The notes: a model not told the origin generated them from the sequence alone. DNA of 62,013 nt, filler included, from Bdellovibrionota bacterium (GCA_963169515.1; 8 parts of 8 records of this genome joined end to end with filler, not necessarily neighbours in it); one strand, 5' to 3'; counted from the first letter of the whole stretch, positions 26,996-38,587 are shown. Made by a program: numbers and translations.

Positions 26996-27814
26996 TTATA
27001 GTGGGTAGTTACCGATCAAGTTCCGTATCCTTTTTTCGATCGGTGGGTGTGAAAGGAAATATCGACTCAATCCCTTATGTGTCAAGGGATTCACTACGAA
27101 GAATGGCGCTGAACCGGGCGGAGCTTGAATCGGCATCGTCGTCGCGTATGAAGAGAGCTTCCACAAAACTTCTGCAATGCGGTCCTTATCACCGATCATC
27201 CTTGCCGCACTTTGGTCGGTATCAAGATAGCTTCGGGGATTCACATCTAACCGCATCAGTAGAGCACAAACCGGAAATATCAGGTTTTGAAAGAACGCAT
27301 TGCCAGTTTTGAACAACCCAACGACTGAATCCAGCGCTTGCGCGCCAAGAATCAGTAGTTCTGCAAATTGTCCGCCGATACCAGATGTTAATGAGTGGAT
27401 ATTTTGAATATGGATCAACTGTAACGTCAATATGGACTGGATTTCATCCAGGTTGAATTTGTCTAACAATCCCTGTGAAACAACAATTTTAGAGCCGCCC
27501 CAGGTGCGCCCAATAGAAAATGCCGTCGGTGTTGCGTGGGGAATCAGATATATCTGGGGTGCATGAATACGCAATCTACCGACGATTTGCGAGGTTAGAT
27601 TTTGAATTCCCCACGGATCTTGTCCCTTTAATTCCTCGGCTTTGAAAAATTTCAAAACCCGTCGATCGCCAGCAAAAAACAAATAAAAGTTTAGTGACAG
27701 GGCAAAAATAAACCCAACGAGCAGCCCCTGTCGGCCACCAATAATCTGCCCCAAAATCAACATTGTTGCTGAAAGAATAATCAGGAACGTCCAGACTCTA
27801 AAGTTTTGTCTCAA
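26996..27814 (-). CDS. HtpX/M48-like membrane protein lacking the HExxH motif
   Basis: PTAFSIG, IVVSQGLL and FLSHPPIEKRI present; LQLIH occupies the HExxH position. Confidence 0.8.
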   Translation of the reverse strand: MRQNFRVWTFLIILSATMLILGQIIGGRQGLLVGFIFALSLNFYLFFAGDRRVLKFFKAEELKGQDPWGIQNLTSQIVGRLRIHAPQIYLIPHATPTAFSIGRTWGGSKIVVSQGLLDKFNLDEIQSILTLQLIHIQNIHSLTSGIGGQFAELLILGAQALDSVVGLFKTGNAFFQNLIFPVCALLMRLDVNPRSYLDTDQSAARMIGDKDRIAEVLWKLSSYATTMPIQAPPGSAPFFVVNPLTHKGLSRYFLSHPPIEKRIRNLIGNYPL

Positions 27815-27980
27815 ATTACCTCCGACCCATGCCGTTCATCAGTAGTAATTTTGCACTCTGCAAGATTAAATGTCTTATTAAAAAAAACTAATTTGCGCTT
27901 TGCACCAAATATGAATATTTGTCTAAATGTTTCAGCAATTTAAATTTATCCTAAAATTGTTGAAATACTGAGGAGTCCAC

Positions 27981-28967
27981 ATGTCTGATATGCAAAAGTT
28001 AAACAGTGATATCGAAAGCGCAAGCCGATTTTTCCAAACCGCTTTCACTGAAGTCTCGAAAGTCATTGTTGGACAAAAAGATATGGTCGAAGGCGTGTTC
28101 ATGGGTTTATTAACCGGCGGGCACGTTCTTCTTGAGGGTTTGCCGGGTCTTGCAAAGACATTAACCATTTCTACGATCGCAAAGGTCACGTCTCTCAAAT
28201 TCCAACGTATACAATTCACCCCGGATTTATTGCCATCGGATTTGATTGGTACGATGATTTTCAACCAGCAGAAAAATGAATTTACCGCAAAAAAAGGGCC
28301 GATTTTTACAAACATCGTTCTAGCTGATGAAATAAACCGAGCACCAGCGAAAGTGCAAAGTGCTTTATTGGAAGCCATGGCTGAAAAGCAGGTGACTATT
28401 GGTGAAACGACCTATCCGCTCGAAAGCCCTTTCTTGGTTCTTGCGACTCAAAATCCGATTGAACAAGAGGGGACGTACCCGCTGCCGGAAGCGCAAATGG
28501 ATCGTTTCATGTTCAAGGTGATAGTAAAATACCCAAACCGTGCAGAAGAAAAATCTATTTTGGAAAATATGTCGACCGATAGCGTGCAACCACTCACAGC
28601 CGTGTTGGGCAAGGACGATATTTTGCGTATGCGCGATCTTGTAAACAAGATCTATATTGATGACAAAATTAAAAATTATATCGTCGAGCTTGTCCTTGCC
28701 ACGCGAAGCCCGAATGATTTTGGGTTAAAGCGTTTGAAAAACTTAATTTCTATTGGCGGTTCACCACGGGCCACGATTAATTTGGCCCGGGCATCGCGGG
28801 CCCATGCGTTTTTAAAGGGCCGTGGGTTTGTAACCGCCGACGACGTTAAAGCGATTTGCTATCTTGTCCTTCGCCACAGAATTTTACTGACCTATGAAGC
28901 CGAGGCCGAAGATCTTAAATCAGAAGAAGTTGTCGGAGAGATTCTAAATCACATCGAAGTGCCTTAA
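27981..28967 (+). CDS. moxR: MoxR AAA+ ATPase
   Basis: GHVLLEGLPGLAKT, RIQFTPDLLPSD, LADEINRAPAKVQSALLE, ATQNPIEQEGTYPLPEAQMDRF. Confidence 0.95.
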   Translation: MSDMQKLNSDIESASRFFQTAFTEVSKVIVGQKDMVEGVFMGLLTGGHVLLEGLPGLAKTLTISTIAKVTSLKFQRIQFTPDLLPSDLIGTMIFNQQKNEFTAKKGPIFTNIVLADEINRAPAKVQSALLEAMAEKQVTIGETTYPLESPFLVLATQNPIEQEGTYPLPEAQMDRFMFKVIVKYPNRAEEKSILENMSTDSVQPLTAVLGKDDILRMRDLVNKIYIDDKIKNYIVELVLATRSPNDFGLKRLKNLISIGGSPRATINLARASRAHAFLKGRGFVTADDVKAICYLVLRHRILLTYEAEAEDLKSEEVVGEILNHIEVP

Positions 28968-28982
28968 TCGAAGGGTAAAAGA

Positions 28983-29852
28983 GTGCTACCTGCGGAACTT
29001 TTAAAAAAAGTTAAGCTGCTCGAGATTCAAACCCGCAAATTGGTGAATTCCCTTTTTGCGGGTGAATATCATTCAGCTTTTAAAGGGCAGGGGATGACCT
29101 TCAGTGATTTTCGTGAATACGTTCCGGGCGACGATGTGCGGAATATTTCTTGGACTCTTACGGCTCGTGCGGGGAAGCCTTTTATTAAAAAATATGATGA
29201 AGAGCGTGAATTGACCCTGATGATTGTCGTCGATGTTAGCGGCTCGGGAATATTTGGTTCGCAAGATCATTTAAAAATTGAAGTGATCGCCTATCTTTCG
29301 GCGTTATTGAGCTTCAGCGCGATTAAAAACAATGATCGTGTAGGGCTTTTGCTGTTTTCGAATCAAGTTGAAAAATTTGTTCCACCCAAAAAAGGGCGGG
29401 CCCACGTTCATAGGATTTTGCGCGATATTTTATTTTTCGAACCTAAAAATCTTCAAACAAATATTACAAGTGCTATGGAGCATTTGCGAAATGTTCTAAA
29501 AAAGAAGACCCACATTTTTATTTTCAGCGATTTTATGGATTCTGGGTTTGAAACTGCTTTGCGCTTTTTGTCCCGCAGACATAGTGTCGCGGCATGTGTC
29601 GTGGAAGATCCACTTGAGATTGAAATCCCGAAGATTGGCATGGTTGAAATGGGGGACCCCGAAACGGGCGAGAATGTTACGGTGGATACGTCGAGTGCCT
29701 TATTTCAAAAATGGTTTAAACAGGAAAGCCAAAAACGGCGAGATTCTCGGAATGCAGAGCTTCGACGTGCAAAGGTCGATCGAATTGATATTCGCACCGA
29801 TAAAAATTTCGCAGATCCATTAATTGCCTTTTTCAAAAGGAAGCATAAGTAA
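28983..29852 (+). CDS. DUF58 family protein
   Basis: GQGMTFSDFREYVPGDDVRNISW, EEREL, VDVSGS. Confidence 0.92.
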   Translation: MLPAELLKKVKLLEIQTRKLVNSLFAGEYHSAFKGQGMTFSDFREYVPGDDVRNISWTLTARAGKPFIKKYDEERELTLMIVVDVSGSGIFGSQDHLKIEVIAYLSALLSFSAIKNNDRVGLLLFSNQVEKFVPPKKGRAHVHRILRDILFFEPKNLQTNITSAMEHLRNVLKKKTHIFIFSDFMDSGFETALRFLSRRHSVAACVVEDPLEIEIPKIGMVEMGDPETGENVTVDTSSALFQKWFKQESQKRRDSRNAELRRAKVDRIDIRTDKNFADPLIAFFKRKHK

Positions 29853-30709
29853 TGGCTTGGAAGTGTGCATTTGATGAAAAAGGGACGGCGACAGTAAGCG
29901 ATATTACCGTTGGCCAAAAATTGAATTTATATTGTTCGGGCGATCCTGCGCAGCTGGCACATGATGGGCTTAAAATCGATTCGACCGAAGCGACAGGGAA
30001 AGAAGTTTTTGGAAAACTTCATATTCTTGAAGTAAAAAGCCTTGCTACGGATTCGGGACAATTTATTGTGACGAGCTACGAGGCCGGACAGCACAAGGCC
30101 GAGGGGCTTATTCTAACGGACGGGCTTCAGAGGGTTCCACTTGAGGGATTCGAATGGCAAGTGAGAAGTGTTATTGAAAATCCGGCGCAACAACCCTATC
30201 CCTCGTTTGGCCCATGGAGTATGTCGATTTCTTGGTTTTATTGGGCGATTCTGGTGGTTGTGATTTTTATGGCTGTATGGAAAGCTGTTATCGAATTTCG
30301 AAAGCAACGAACTCGGAAAAAATTATTTGATGATTTGAAGTCGTTTAAAACTGCAAAATCCCCATACGACGAACTTCATACAGATTTGCGAAGATTAGAG
30401 CGTGGACTTGCTAAAATGGAGCCAAAGAGCGCATTTGAATCTTTAGAAAGATCTTATCGGTTATATTTAATTCGTGAGCTACAAGTTCCAGCGCTCGAAT
30501 GGGATGACAAGGACATCGTAAAGGAAATTAAACGAAGGCACAAATCAATTTACAATCTTATCAGAGTGGATCTGATCGATTATTTTTCAGAACTTCGTAA
30601 GATTAAAGCCACTGTAAGACTTGAGGATTGCGAATTTTTATTAAAACAATGTCAAAAAATTTCAGATAAAATTTCTGATTTGATGGAAGGGGAATTGAAG
30701 CGTGCTTAG
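29852..30709 (+). CDS. membrane protein of the MoxR-Bat operon
   Basis: Single TM helix; coupled between the DUF58 and VWA genes. Confidence 0.7.
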   Translation: MAWKCAFDEKGTATVSDITVGQKLNLYCSGDPAQLAHDGLKIDSTEATGKEVFGKLHILEVKSLATDSGQFIVTSYEAGQHKAEGLILTDGLQRVPLEGFEWQVRSVIENPAQQPYPSFGPWSMSISWFYWAILVVVIFMAVWKAVIEFRKQRTRKKLFDDLKSFKTAKSPYDELHTDLRRLERGLAKMEPKSAFESLERSYRLYLIRELQVPALEWDDKDIVKEIKRRHKSIYNLIRVDLIDYFSELRKIKATVRLEDCEFLLKQCQKISDKISDLMEGELKRA

Positions 30710-31712
30710 CTTTCATAACCCATACTATTTTTTTCTATTTGTTCCATTGGCGTTGATCATTGGATGGAAGCTTTTGAACCGGGGGAGTGGGCGTCCCGCA
30801 TTGCAATACAGCCAGGTGAAAGACATGAAGCGTGTTCCAAGGGGTGCCCGCGTTTATCTGCGCCATTTGCCGTCGGTGCTTTTGGTGGGCGCGTTGAGCT
30901 TAATGATTGTTGCCCTGGCCCGTCCGCAATTATCCGATACAAAAACAAAGCGGAATGTTGAAGGTATCGACATTGTGTTTGTTTTGGATATTTCAGACTC
31001 GATGTTGATCGAAGATATGCAACCCCAGAACCGAATGGAGTCCGCCAAAAAAACAATTGAAGACTTTGTGAGAGGTCGAGGATCGGATCGCATGGGGTTG
31101 GTTGTGTTTTCAGGCGAGTCTTATACCCGCGTCCCGCTCACGATGGATTATGAAATTTTATTAAAACAGATTCAAACAATTGAACCTCAGTCTCGAGATA
31201 TAAAAATGGGAACAGCTATTGGTGTGGGTTTGACCAACGGGATTAATCGATTGAAAGAATCGACAGCAAAAAGCCGCGTCGTGATTTTGTTAACAGACGG
31301 TGAAAACAATAGCGGAACGATCGATCCACTAACAGCGCTTGAGATCGCAAAGGGGTATAAAATACGAATTTATACCATTGGAGTGGGTATTGATGGCGAG
31401 GCCCAGCTGCCAGTGATTCAAGAGGATTCGCTTGGGAATAAATACAAGCGCTACCAACCGATTCATAGCAAAGTAAATGACGACCTGTTGACCCAGCTTG
31501 CGAGTGAAACTGGCGGCAAATATTATCGCGCATCCACAACAAATGCACTTGCGGGCGTTTTCAAAGATATTAATTCGTTAGAAAAATCAAAAATCGAAGT
31601 GAATCAGTTCACACGCTACACGGAAGATTTTCAAAAATATGTGTTTGCGGCCCTGTGGTTGTATTTTGGTTCGCTCGCTCTTGGAACAACCTTCTTGAGG
31701 AGGGCGCCTTAA
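30702..31712 (+). CDS. batA: VWA domain protein BatA
   Basis: ALARPQ, MIDAS DISDS, GTAIG, ILLTDGENNSG. The next gene (ATG 31712, probably BatB) is cut by the linker. Confidence 0.88.
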   Translation: MLSFHNPYYFFLFVPLALIIGWKLLNRGSGRPALQYSQVKDMKRVPRGARVYLRHLPSVLLVGALSLMIVALARPQLSDTKTKRNVEGIDIVFVLDISDSMLIEDMQPQNRMESAKKTIEDFVRGRGSDRMGLVVFSGESYTRVPLTMDYEILLKQIQTIEPQSRDIKMGTAIGVGLTNGINRLKESTAKSRVVILLTDGENNSGTIDPLTALEIAKGYKIRIYTIGVGIDGEAQLPVIQEDSLGNKYKRYQPIHSKVNDDLLTQLASETGGKYYRASTTNALAGVFKDINSLEKSKIEVNQFTRYTEDFQKYVFAALWLYFGSLALGTTFLRRAP

Positions 31713-31723
31713 TGTTCCGCTTT

Positions 31724-31823
31724 NNNNNNNNNNNNNNNNNNNNNNNNNNNNNNNNNNNNNNNNNNNNTTAATTAATTAANNNNNNNNNNNNNNNNNNNNN
31801 NNNNNNNNNNNNNNNNNNNNNNN
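31724..31823. other. artificial contig linker
   Basis: N44-TTAATTAATTAA-N44. Confidence 0.99.
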
Positions 31824-32348
31824 GAGCTGACTGAATTCATTTCTTCAATCCTCGATTTAACTCGTGTGGAAAGCCAAAACATTAAATTGAAATACGAAAG
31901 CAAAGACATTAACCAATTGTTGGACCAAGTGCTTATCAAATACGATTACTTGGCCAAAGAAAAAAATATCTCCTTTATAAAGGACTTTGAACCCCTATTT
32001 TCAGTTAAGGTCGACGTGGGTCTGATGCAGCAGGTATTTTCAAACCTTATTGAAAATGCAATTAAATACAGCCCCGAAGGGTCAAAAGTTCTCATCTCAA
32101 CTGAAGAGGTTGGCGCTCGAATTATGGTGCAAGTTGCAGATCAGGGAATTGGGATTCCATCGGATGAAATCAATAACGTCTTTATGAAGTTTTATCGTTC
32201 AAGCAATGTTAAAAGCAGCCCTACAAAAGGTTCAGGGTTGGGATTATACCTTGCAAAGTACTTCGTGGAACTGCATAAAGGGACAATCTCTGTTGAAAGC
32301 AAACCTCAGCAGGGATCAACATTTACGGTAGGCTTACCAAATGTCTAA
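31824..32348 (+). CDS. 5'-truncated sensor histidine kinase (HATPase_c)
   Basis: NLIENAIKYS, DQGIGI, FMKFYR, GSGLGL. Confidence 0.9.
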   Translation, partial: ELTEFISSILDLTRVESQNIKLKYESKDINQLLDQVLIKYDYLAKEKNISFIKDFEPLFSVKVDVGLMQQVFSNLIENAIKYSPEGSKVLISTEEVGARIMVQVADQGIGIPSDEINNVFMKFYRSSNVKSSPTKGSGLGLYLAKYFVELHKGTISVESKPQQGSTFTVGLPNV

Positions 32349-33846
32349 CCGTCAAATGCATACAGGGGCGAATCGGGAGGGCTCGATGGTAAAGGTGCTG
32401 GTGGTGGATGATGACGCTGGATTACGTCTAGCGGTTAGCTCTACCTTAAAAAATACTGGTAAGTTCGAAGTTGAAGGCGCCGTTGATGGTGTGCACGCCC
32501 TTGAACGCGTGACCAGTATTAAATATGACCTGGTCATACTTGATGTAGATATGCCCCGAATGAATGGCATTGAAGCCTTAAGAAAAATCAAAGAACACGA
32601 TCCAAGCATTATCGTATTGGTTGTTACTGCGTTTGCAAATATTGACGATGCCATTCAAGCTGTTAAAGCTGGAGCGTACAATTACATTTCAAAGCCTGTA
32701 AAAGGTGACGAGCTCATCGCATTGGTGAGCCGAGCACTCGAAGCACACGACATGATCTCTGAAATTGCGGCCTCTGCCCCGGTTCTGATCGAATCTGGGC
32801 GCAAATTTATAGGCAAAACCCCTGAAATGAAAAAGGTGTTTGAATTGATCAACCGCCTTTCAAAAGTAGACACTGCGGTATTGATACGTGGCGAATCTGG
32901 AACCGGAAAAGAGCTTGTGGCCCGCGCAGTACATTATAATTCAAATCGCAAAGATCAAAAGTTCGTTGCAATTAATTGTTCGGCAATACCAGAAAACTTA
33001 TTTGAAAGTGAACTTTTTGGCCATGAAAAAGGTTCTTTCACAGGTGCTGACTCACGGAAAATTGGTCGCTTCCAATATGCCGAAGGCGGAACTTTATTCC
33101 TCGACGAAGTTGGAGATCTGCCGCTGTTGATGCAGGCAAAGCTCCTGCGCGTTCTTCAGGAAAAAACATTCACCCCCGTGGGATCTAATCGTGAACTTGA
33201 AGCCAATGTCCGCATAATCGCTGCGACAAACCGTCCACTAGAGCAAATGGTTAAAGAAGGAACATTCCGTGAAGACTTATTTTATCGCCTAAGCGTGATT
33301 CCTATGCTGTTACCGCCGCTCCGGGACCGCAAAGATGATATTGAGCATTTAATTAGTCTATTCGTGACTAAATTTAACTCTGTTCATGGAAAAAAATTGA
33401 TCGGAATCGCACCAGAAGCAATGGCGTGTTTAAAAAAATATCAATGGCCGGGCAATATTCGCGAGCTTGAAAATGTTATGGAGTACGCGTTTGTTCTTGA
33501 GCCAACAAACTTGATAACTTTGAATTCCGTTCCAGAAAAGGTATTAAGTGCAATTGGCGTTGATCTAAATAGCAAATCTGCAGTTACCGTCGAAAACCAA
33601 GCGGAAACCGAGCGACAAGTAACCGAAGAAAATATAGCTGCCGGTGGAATGCTTGGAAATATCAAAGGCGTCGAGCTTGATTTTACAAAACAAAAAGAGA
33701 TGTTCGAAAAGGAATTCATAATTAAAGCTTTGAAATCTTTCAACGGTCGAATCAATCAAACCGCCCTTCACGCAAACATCCCAAAGAAAACTTTGCTTAG
33801 GAAAATTGAAAAATATGGAATTAACCCCAGGGAATACACAGAGTAA
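32341..33846 (+). CDS. sigma54-dependent response regulator (NtrC family)
   Basis: REC domain, GESGTGKE, GSFTGA, LFLDEVG, WPGNIRELEN, Fis HTH. Start may be ATG 32386. Confidence 0.93.
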   Translation: MSNRQMHTGANREGSMVKVLVVDDDAGLRLAVSSTLKNTGKFEVEGAVDGVHALERVTSIKYDLVILDVDMPRMNGIEALRKIKEHDPSIIVLVVTAFANIDDAIQAVKAGAYNYISKPVKGDELIALVSRALEAHDMISEIAASAPVLIESGRKFIGKTPEMKKVFELINRLSKVDTAVLIRGESGTGKELVARAVHYNSNRKDQKFVAINCSAIPENLFESELFGHEKGSFTGADSRKIGRFQYAEGGTLFLDEVGDLPLLMQAKLLRVLQEKTFTPVGSNRELEANVRIIAATNRPLEQMVKEGTFREDLFYRLSVIPMLLPPLRDRKDDIEHLISLFVTKFNSVHGKKLIGIAPEAMACLKKYQWPGNIRELENVMEYAFVLEPTNLITLNSVPEKVLSAIGVDLNSKSAVTVENQAETERQVTEENIAAGGMLGNIKGVELDFTKQKEMFEKEFIIKALKSFNGRINQTALHANIPKKTLLRKIEKYGINPREYTE

Positions 33847-33926
33847 TCCACAGGCTTTTCAACTTTTTGCAGTTTAAGATTCTTTTTGATGACACCTGAA
33901 AATTCTTTGGTTTAATCGATAGCCTA

Positions 33927-34409
33927 ATGACCCCGACTACTACATTACCACCACAGGCATATACGCGTGAGATTCTCTCAAAGGCCTACTTGTGGGCACA
34001 GACTCAACCTGAGTCTATCCGCAACTTGGCCGCCACGCCTGATGCCCTGGTGGGACTCTTTTTACGAGCTCAACGAAACGGCGAAGCGTCTTTGGAAACA
34101 GTCGCTCCCGTCAGTCGCACAAATTTTATGAGCGATCTGAAAAGTTTGGCTTCGGAATTGGAACAGTTTGATGGCCCACCTAACGGTGGGCAATTTCAAA
34201 ACATGAAAACGACTCACACACAAACAGTGACAAGCTACGTCCCCCCAACCCCACAGGCCCGATCGGAATCGCTAGCCTTAGATTCAAAAAGCTTAGAAAT
34301 GGTTCAGGAAGTAAAACGACAGCTTAATTTAACCTCTGAATTAGAAGTTCTTCGGTTACTTATTGTGATGGGTTACGAGAAGGCAAAAACTATTTTTCCA
34401 AGCAAATAA
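33927..34409 (+). CDS. hypothetical protein
   Basis: 160-aa ORF with natural composition. Confidence 0.7.
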   Translation: MTPTTTLPPQAYTREILSKAYLWAQTQPESIRNLAATPDALVGLFLRAQRNGEASLETVAPVSRTNFMSDLKSLASELEQFDGPPNGGQFQNMKTTHTQTVTSYVPPTPQARSESLALDSKSLEMVQEVKRQLNLTSELEVLRLLIVMGYEKAKTIFPSK

Positions 34410-34412
34410 TTT

Positions 34413-34877
34413 TTATGCAGATCCAAAAGGTTTTGAATTTTTAAGCTCTTCCAGCGCCTTTAACACTAAATCTAATTTTTCTTCCACTCGATCTTGACGG
34501 TCGTATAAATTTGCATACCCATCTAACACAAAGCGATTTTCTGCCGCCTGTTGCTCAATAAGAACTGTCTGATAGTGAATTTCAGAACTTAGCTTTTCAA
34601 TCTTTGACTCGACCTTCGCAAATCGGCTGTCTATTTGCTCAAATCGTGCCTCCATCTGCTCAAATCGTGCGTCGATCTGCTCGAATCGTGCCTCCATCCG
34701 CTCAAACTGTGCATCTATCTGTTCAAACCGCGCCTCTTGCGCTTTGAACAGACTTCGCATCTCAGCTAAAATTTGATCTCGAACGGCGTAAAGCATTTCC
34801 TCGGAAACAGGAATACTTTTAGCTTTTAAAGGTTTATGACCCATGCGCTGTCTAAATTGCAAAATTTTAGCCGACAC
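34413..34877 (-). CDS. heptad-repeat coiled-coil protein
   Basis: About six EQIDARF/EQMEARF repeats with 21-nt periodicity at ~34618..34740. Confidence 0.65.
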   Translation of the reverse strand: MSAKILQFRQRMGHKPLKAKSIPVSEEMLYAVRDQILAEMRSLFKAQEARFEQIDAQFERMEARFEQIDARFEQMEARFEQIDSRFAKVESKIEKLSSEIHYQTVLIEQQAAENRFVLDGYANLYDRQDRVEEKLDLVLKALEELKNSKPFGSA

Positions 34878-35027
34878 GAAAGCCCTCTAAATTTGATTTC
34901 ACGGTTTAATACCAGTCAATATGTTCGATTAGCGGATCAGCCGTCAAGTTTATGTTGGCAAAGACTTGAGATCATAGTTAAATTGCCGATATTGCTAAGG
35001 TTTAACAAACTATCAAAGAAAGTCTAA

Positions 35028-37775
35028 ATGTCCGAGCCTGTTTCATATAAAGATACTCTGAATCTTCCTAAAACTGAATTCCCTATGAAGGGAAACTTGC
35101 CCGTCCGAGAACCTGAATTCATTAAACAGTGGTTTGAAAAAAAGATTTATCAAAAAATGATCGCTCGCGGAAAGCGCGGATCATTCACCATGCCTGACGG
35201 CCCGCCCTATGCAAACGGAAATATTCATATCGGACACGCGCTAAATAAAACTTTAAAGGATATCGTAATAAAATATAAAAATATGGCGGGCTTTTCCGCA
35301 CCATTTTATCCCGGTTGGGATTGCCATGGGTTACCAATTGAATTGGCAGTTACAAAAAATCTCGGGGACAAACGAAAAGATTTATCTGAAAAAGAGCTTC
35401 GTAATTTATGTCGAGACGAGGCAAATAAGTGGATCAACCTTCAAAAAGAACAATTCGTTCGGTGCGGAGTCATCGCTGATTGGGAAAATCCTTATCGGAC
35501 CATGGACCCAAATTACGAAGCAGAGGAAATTCGTGTTCTGGCAGACATTTTAAAAACCGGTGCGTTTTATTATGGCGAAAAGCCTGTCTACTGGAGCTGG
35601 GCACTTCAAACCGCACTTGCCGAGGCAGAAGTCGAATACAAAAACCATGTGAGCCCCACCATCTATTTGAAATTCTTTTTTAGCGAAGACGGAATAAAAA
35701 AATTTAAGCTGCCTTCCGAAACTGCGTTGGTTATTTGGACAACGACCCCATGGACAATCCCTGCAAACCTTGGAATCGCCGTTCATCCAGAATTTGAATA
35801 CGGGGTCTATGAGTCTGCAAAAGGCAATATCGTAATCGCTACGGCACTAGAACAAGCCTTTACAAAAGATACGGGTATAGCGCTTAAACGAATTAAAACT
35901 ATCAATGGAAAAGATTTTGATCGCGCTGTCACCATTCACCCAATGTATGGGCGTGAATCTCTTGTCATGCTCGGTGAACACGTAACCTTAGATGCGGGCA
36001 CGGGCGCTGTACACACAGCTCCGGGGCATGGGACAGATGATTACATCTTAGGACAAAAATATGGACTTCCAATTTTAAGCCCTGTCAACGAGTTTGGAAA
36101 ATTCACGAATGAAGTTCCTGAATATGAAGGCGTTCAAGTTTTTGACGCTAATCCGAAAATCATCGAACGCTTAAAACAGTCGGGACATTTAATCCACGAT
36201 GGAAAGCTTGAACACAGCTATCCACACTGCTGGAGATCTAAGAAACCACTTATCTTTCGCGCAACTCCACAATGGTTTTTAAAAATGGATTTGGGTGAAA
36301 ACTCCATTCGAAAAAAAGCTCTCGCTGCGATTAAAAAAGTGAGATGGGTACCCGAATGGGGTGAAAACCGAATCACATCGATGATTGAAAATCGTCCCGA
36401 CTGGTGTTTATCACGCCAAAGAACCTGGGGAGTACCAATTCCTGTATTTTATTGTGAAAAATGCAAAACCCCTTTGGCAGATGCTGACGTCATGAACCGC
36501 GTTGCAGATAAAATGGAAAAACATGGTGGTATGGAAGCTTACTATGATTTCCCTGCGGAAGAATTTACGAATAAAAAATCTTGTACAAAATGTAATCATA
36601 AATCGTTCACAAAGGGCAAAGACATCTTAGACGTATGGTTTGACAGTGGCGTTTGCTGGGCCGCTGTTCAAATGAAAAGAAAAGGGCTTACACAGCCTGC
36701 AGATTTATACCTTGAAGGAAGCGATCAGCATCGCGGCTGGTTCCACACATCGCTACTGGCCTCTGTCGCGTCTGCTGGTATCGCGCCGTTCAAAACAGTC
36801 TTGACTCATGGGTTTGTTATGTTTGCCAAGGGTCAGAAGATGAGCAAAAGCCTGGGTAACACGGTCGACCCCCAAGAAATTGTTAAAAAAGATGGAGCAG
36901 ATATTCTGCGATTGTGGGCCGCACACGAAGATTACGCAAATGATTTGACCTGTAACCCTGAAGGATTTCAACGGGTCACCGAAACTTATCGTCGCTTGCG
37001 AAATACGATTCGGTTTCTTCTGGGAAACGTGAGCGACTTTACTATTGAAAAAGATGCCGTGCCCGTAAATAAAATGTTGGAACTCGATCGTTGGGCACTT
37101 GCACGATTAAATCAAGTGAATGAAGCAATCACAACAGCATACGACCGATACGAATTTTACAAAATTTATCACCTAGTGAACAATTATGTAACGGTAGATC
37201 TATCTGCGTTTTATTTAGATATCTTGAAGGATCGTTTATACATAAGCAAATCCAACGGTATCGGTCGCAGATCGGCTCAAACAGCGCTTCATCATATCAC
37301 CACACGTCTGAACGGGTTTATTGCTCCAATTTTGTCTTTCCTTGCGGAGGAATCGCACCAGTTCCTACCGAATCAAAAAATAGAAAGCATTTTTCTTACT
37401 GATTTTCCCACCCCGGTTAAAGAATGGGACAGCGCAAATCTATTAGAAAAATTCGACACAATTGGCAAAGTGCGAACTGATGTATTAAAGGTGCTAGAAG
37501 GTTTGCGACAAAACAAAACCATCGGCTCAAGCCTAGAAGCAAAAGTAATTCTGCACCAAGAAAGCCCAACCTATGACATACTGAAAACTGTTGAAAAGCA
37601 TTTACCAGAATTTTTTATCGTTTCTCAAGTTGAATTGAAAATGGGAGCTTCGAAAATTGATGCGGTAAAGGCCGACGGAGAGAAATGTATCCGTTGTTGG
37701 AATTACGATCTAAAGACCAATTGCGATCCAAAACATCCCGGAATTTGTCCGCGTTGTATTGAGGCTATTTCATGA
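35028..37775 (+). CDS. ileS: isoleucine--tRNA ligase
   Basis: [30 protein letters not shown]-terminal CxxC zinc finger. Confidence 0.98.
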   Translation: MSEPVSYKDTLNLPKTEFPMKGNLPVREPEFIKQWFEKKIYQKMIARGKRGSFTMPDGPPYANGNIHIGHALNKTLKDIVIKYKNMAGFSAPFYPGWDCHGLPIELAVTKNLGDKRKDLSEKELRNLCRDEANKWINLQKEQFVRCGVIADWENPYRTMDPNYEAEEIRVLADILKTGAFYYGEKPVYWSWALQTALAEAEVEYKNHVSPTIYLKFFFSEDGIKKFKLPSETALVIWTTTPWTIPANLGIAVHPEFEYGVYESAKGNIVIATALEQAFTKDTGIALKRIKTINGKDFDRAVTIHPMYGRESLVMLGEHVTLDAGTGAVHTAPGHGTDDYILGQKYGLPILSPVNEFGKFTNEVPEYEGVQVFDANPKIIERLKQSGHLIHDGKLEHSYPHCWRSKKPLIFRATPQWFLKMDLGENSIRKKALAAIKKVRWVPEWGENRITSMIENRPDWCLSRQRTWGVPIPVFYCEKCKTPLADADVMNRVADKMEKHGGMEAYYDFPAEEFTNKKSCTKCNHKSFTKGKDILDVWFDSGVCWAAVQMKRKGLTQPADLYLEGSDQHRGWFHTSLLASVASAGIAPFKTVLTHGFVMFAKGQKMSKSLGNTVDPQEIVKKDGADILRLWAAHEDYANDLTCNPEGFQRVTETYRRLRNTIRFLLGNVSDFTIEKDAVPVNKMLELDRWALARLNQVNEAITTAYDRYEFYKIYHLVNNYVTVDLSAFYLDILKDRLYISKSNGIGRRSAQTALHHITTRLNGFIAPILSFLAEESHQFLPNQKIESIFLTDFPTPVKEWDSANLLEKFDTIGKVRTDVLKVLEGLRQNKTIGSSLEAKVILHQESPTYDILKTVEKHLPEFFIVSQVELKMGASKIDAVKADGEKCIRCWNYDLKTNCDPKHPGICPRCIEAIS

Positions 37776-38263
37776 AAAAGAAAGTTATGTTTTTAATTTC
37801 AATTGCGGGTTTGTTTATTGCGTTGGACCAATTGACAAAGCTCTACATTCACACCCATTACCAATTGAGCGAATCACTTACGATTATTCCGGGCTTTTTC
37901 AATATAACTTACGTAAAAAATCCTGGTGCAGCATTTGGATTCCTTGCATCTTCGAATCCATTTTTTAGAGACGCGTTCTTTCTGATCATACCACCCGTGG
38001 CCTTGGTGATCATTATGATGATCCTACGTACAGTACATCAGAATGACCGCATCCAGATCGTTGCATTGAGTTGTGTTTTTGGCGGCGCTATCGGCAACTA
38101 CATTGATCGCCTGCGATTACGCTATGTGATCGACTTTCTGGATTTTCATTATCGAAATATTTATTCCTGGCCTGCGTTTAATATCGCCGACGTTGCAATT
38201 GTGACTGGAATTTGTATGCTATTCTTACTAAGTTTTAGAAGACCGAGAAATCGGCCGGCTTAA
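37772..38263 (+). CDS. lspA: signal peptidase II
   Basis: [31 protein letters not shown]. Confidence 0.96.
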   Translation: MKKKVMFLISIAGLFIALDQLTKLYIHTHYQLSESLTIIPGFFNITYVKNPGAAFGFLASSNPFFRDAFFLIIPPVALVIIMMILRTVHQNDRIQIVALSCVFGGAIGNYIDRLRLRYVIDFLDFHYRNIYSWPAFNIADVAIVTGICMLFLLSFRRPRNRPA

Positions 38264-38283
38264 ATACACCTTGGGGGAACAAT

Positions 38284-38312
38284 ATGGAGTTTTATAGACA
38301 CAATATCGATCC
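38284..38312 (+). CDS. N-terminal stub, probably prolipoprotein diacylglyceryl transferase (Lgt)
   Basis: GGGGGA RBS + MEFYRHNID(P) following lspA; cut by the linker. Confidence 0.35.
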
Positions 38313-38412
38313 NNNNNNNNNNNNNNNNNNNNNNNNNNNNNNNNNNNNNNNNNNNNTTAATTAATTAANNNNNNNNNNNNNNNNNNNNNNNNNNNNNNNN
38401 NNNNNNNNNNNN
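38313..38412. other. artificial contig linker
   Basis: N44-TTAATTAATTAA-N44. Confidence 0.99.
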
Positions 38413-38584
38413 ATATCCGTCGCTGGCAAGTGATCCAGAGAGCTTGGTGAAATCTGCCGATGAAGCGCTCTATCATGTAAAGCAGACTTCACGAAATAAA
38501 GTTTGTCTTGCTACGGCAGCGAGCGGCTTTAAGCCTGATTTTGAACCCATCAAAGTGGAGCCGACAAAACGAGAAGGGGCATAG
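38413..38584 (+). CDS. C-terminal fragment of a GGDEF diguanylate cyclase
   Basis: Manual translation YPSLASDPESLVKSADEALYHVKQTSRNKV (ADxALY..K...RN motif); absent from the ORF track. Confidence 0.8.
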
Positions 38585-38587
38585 CCC

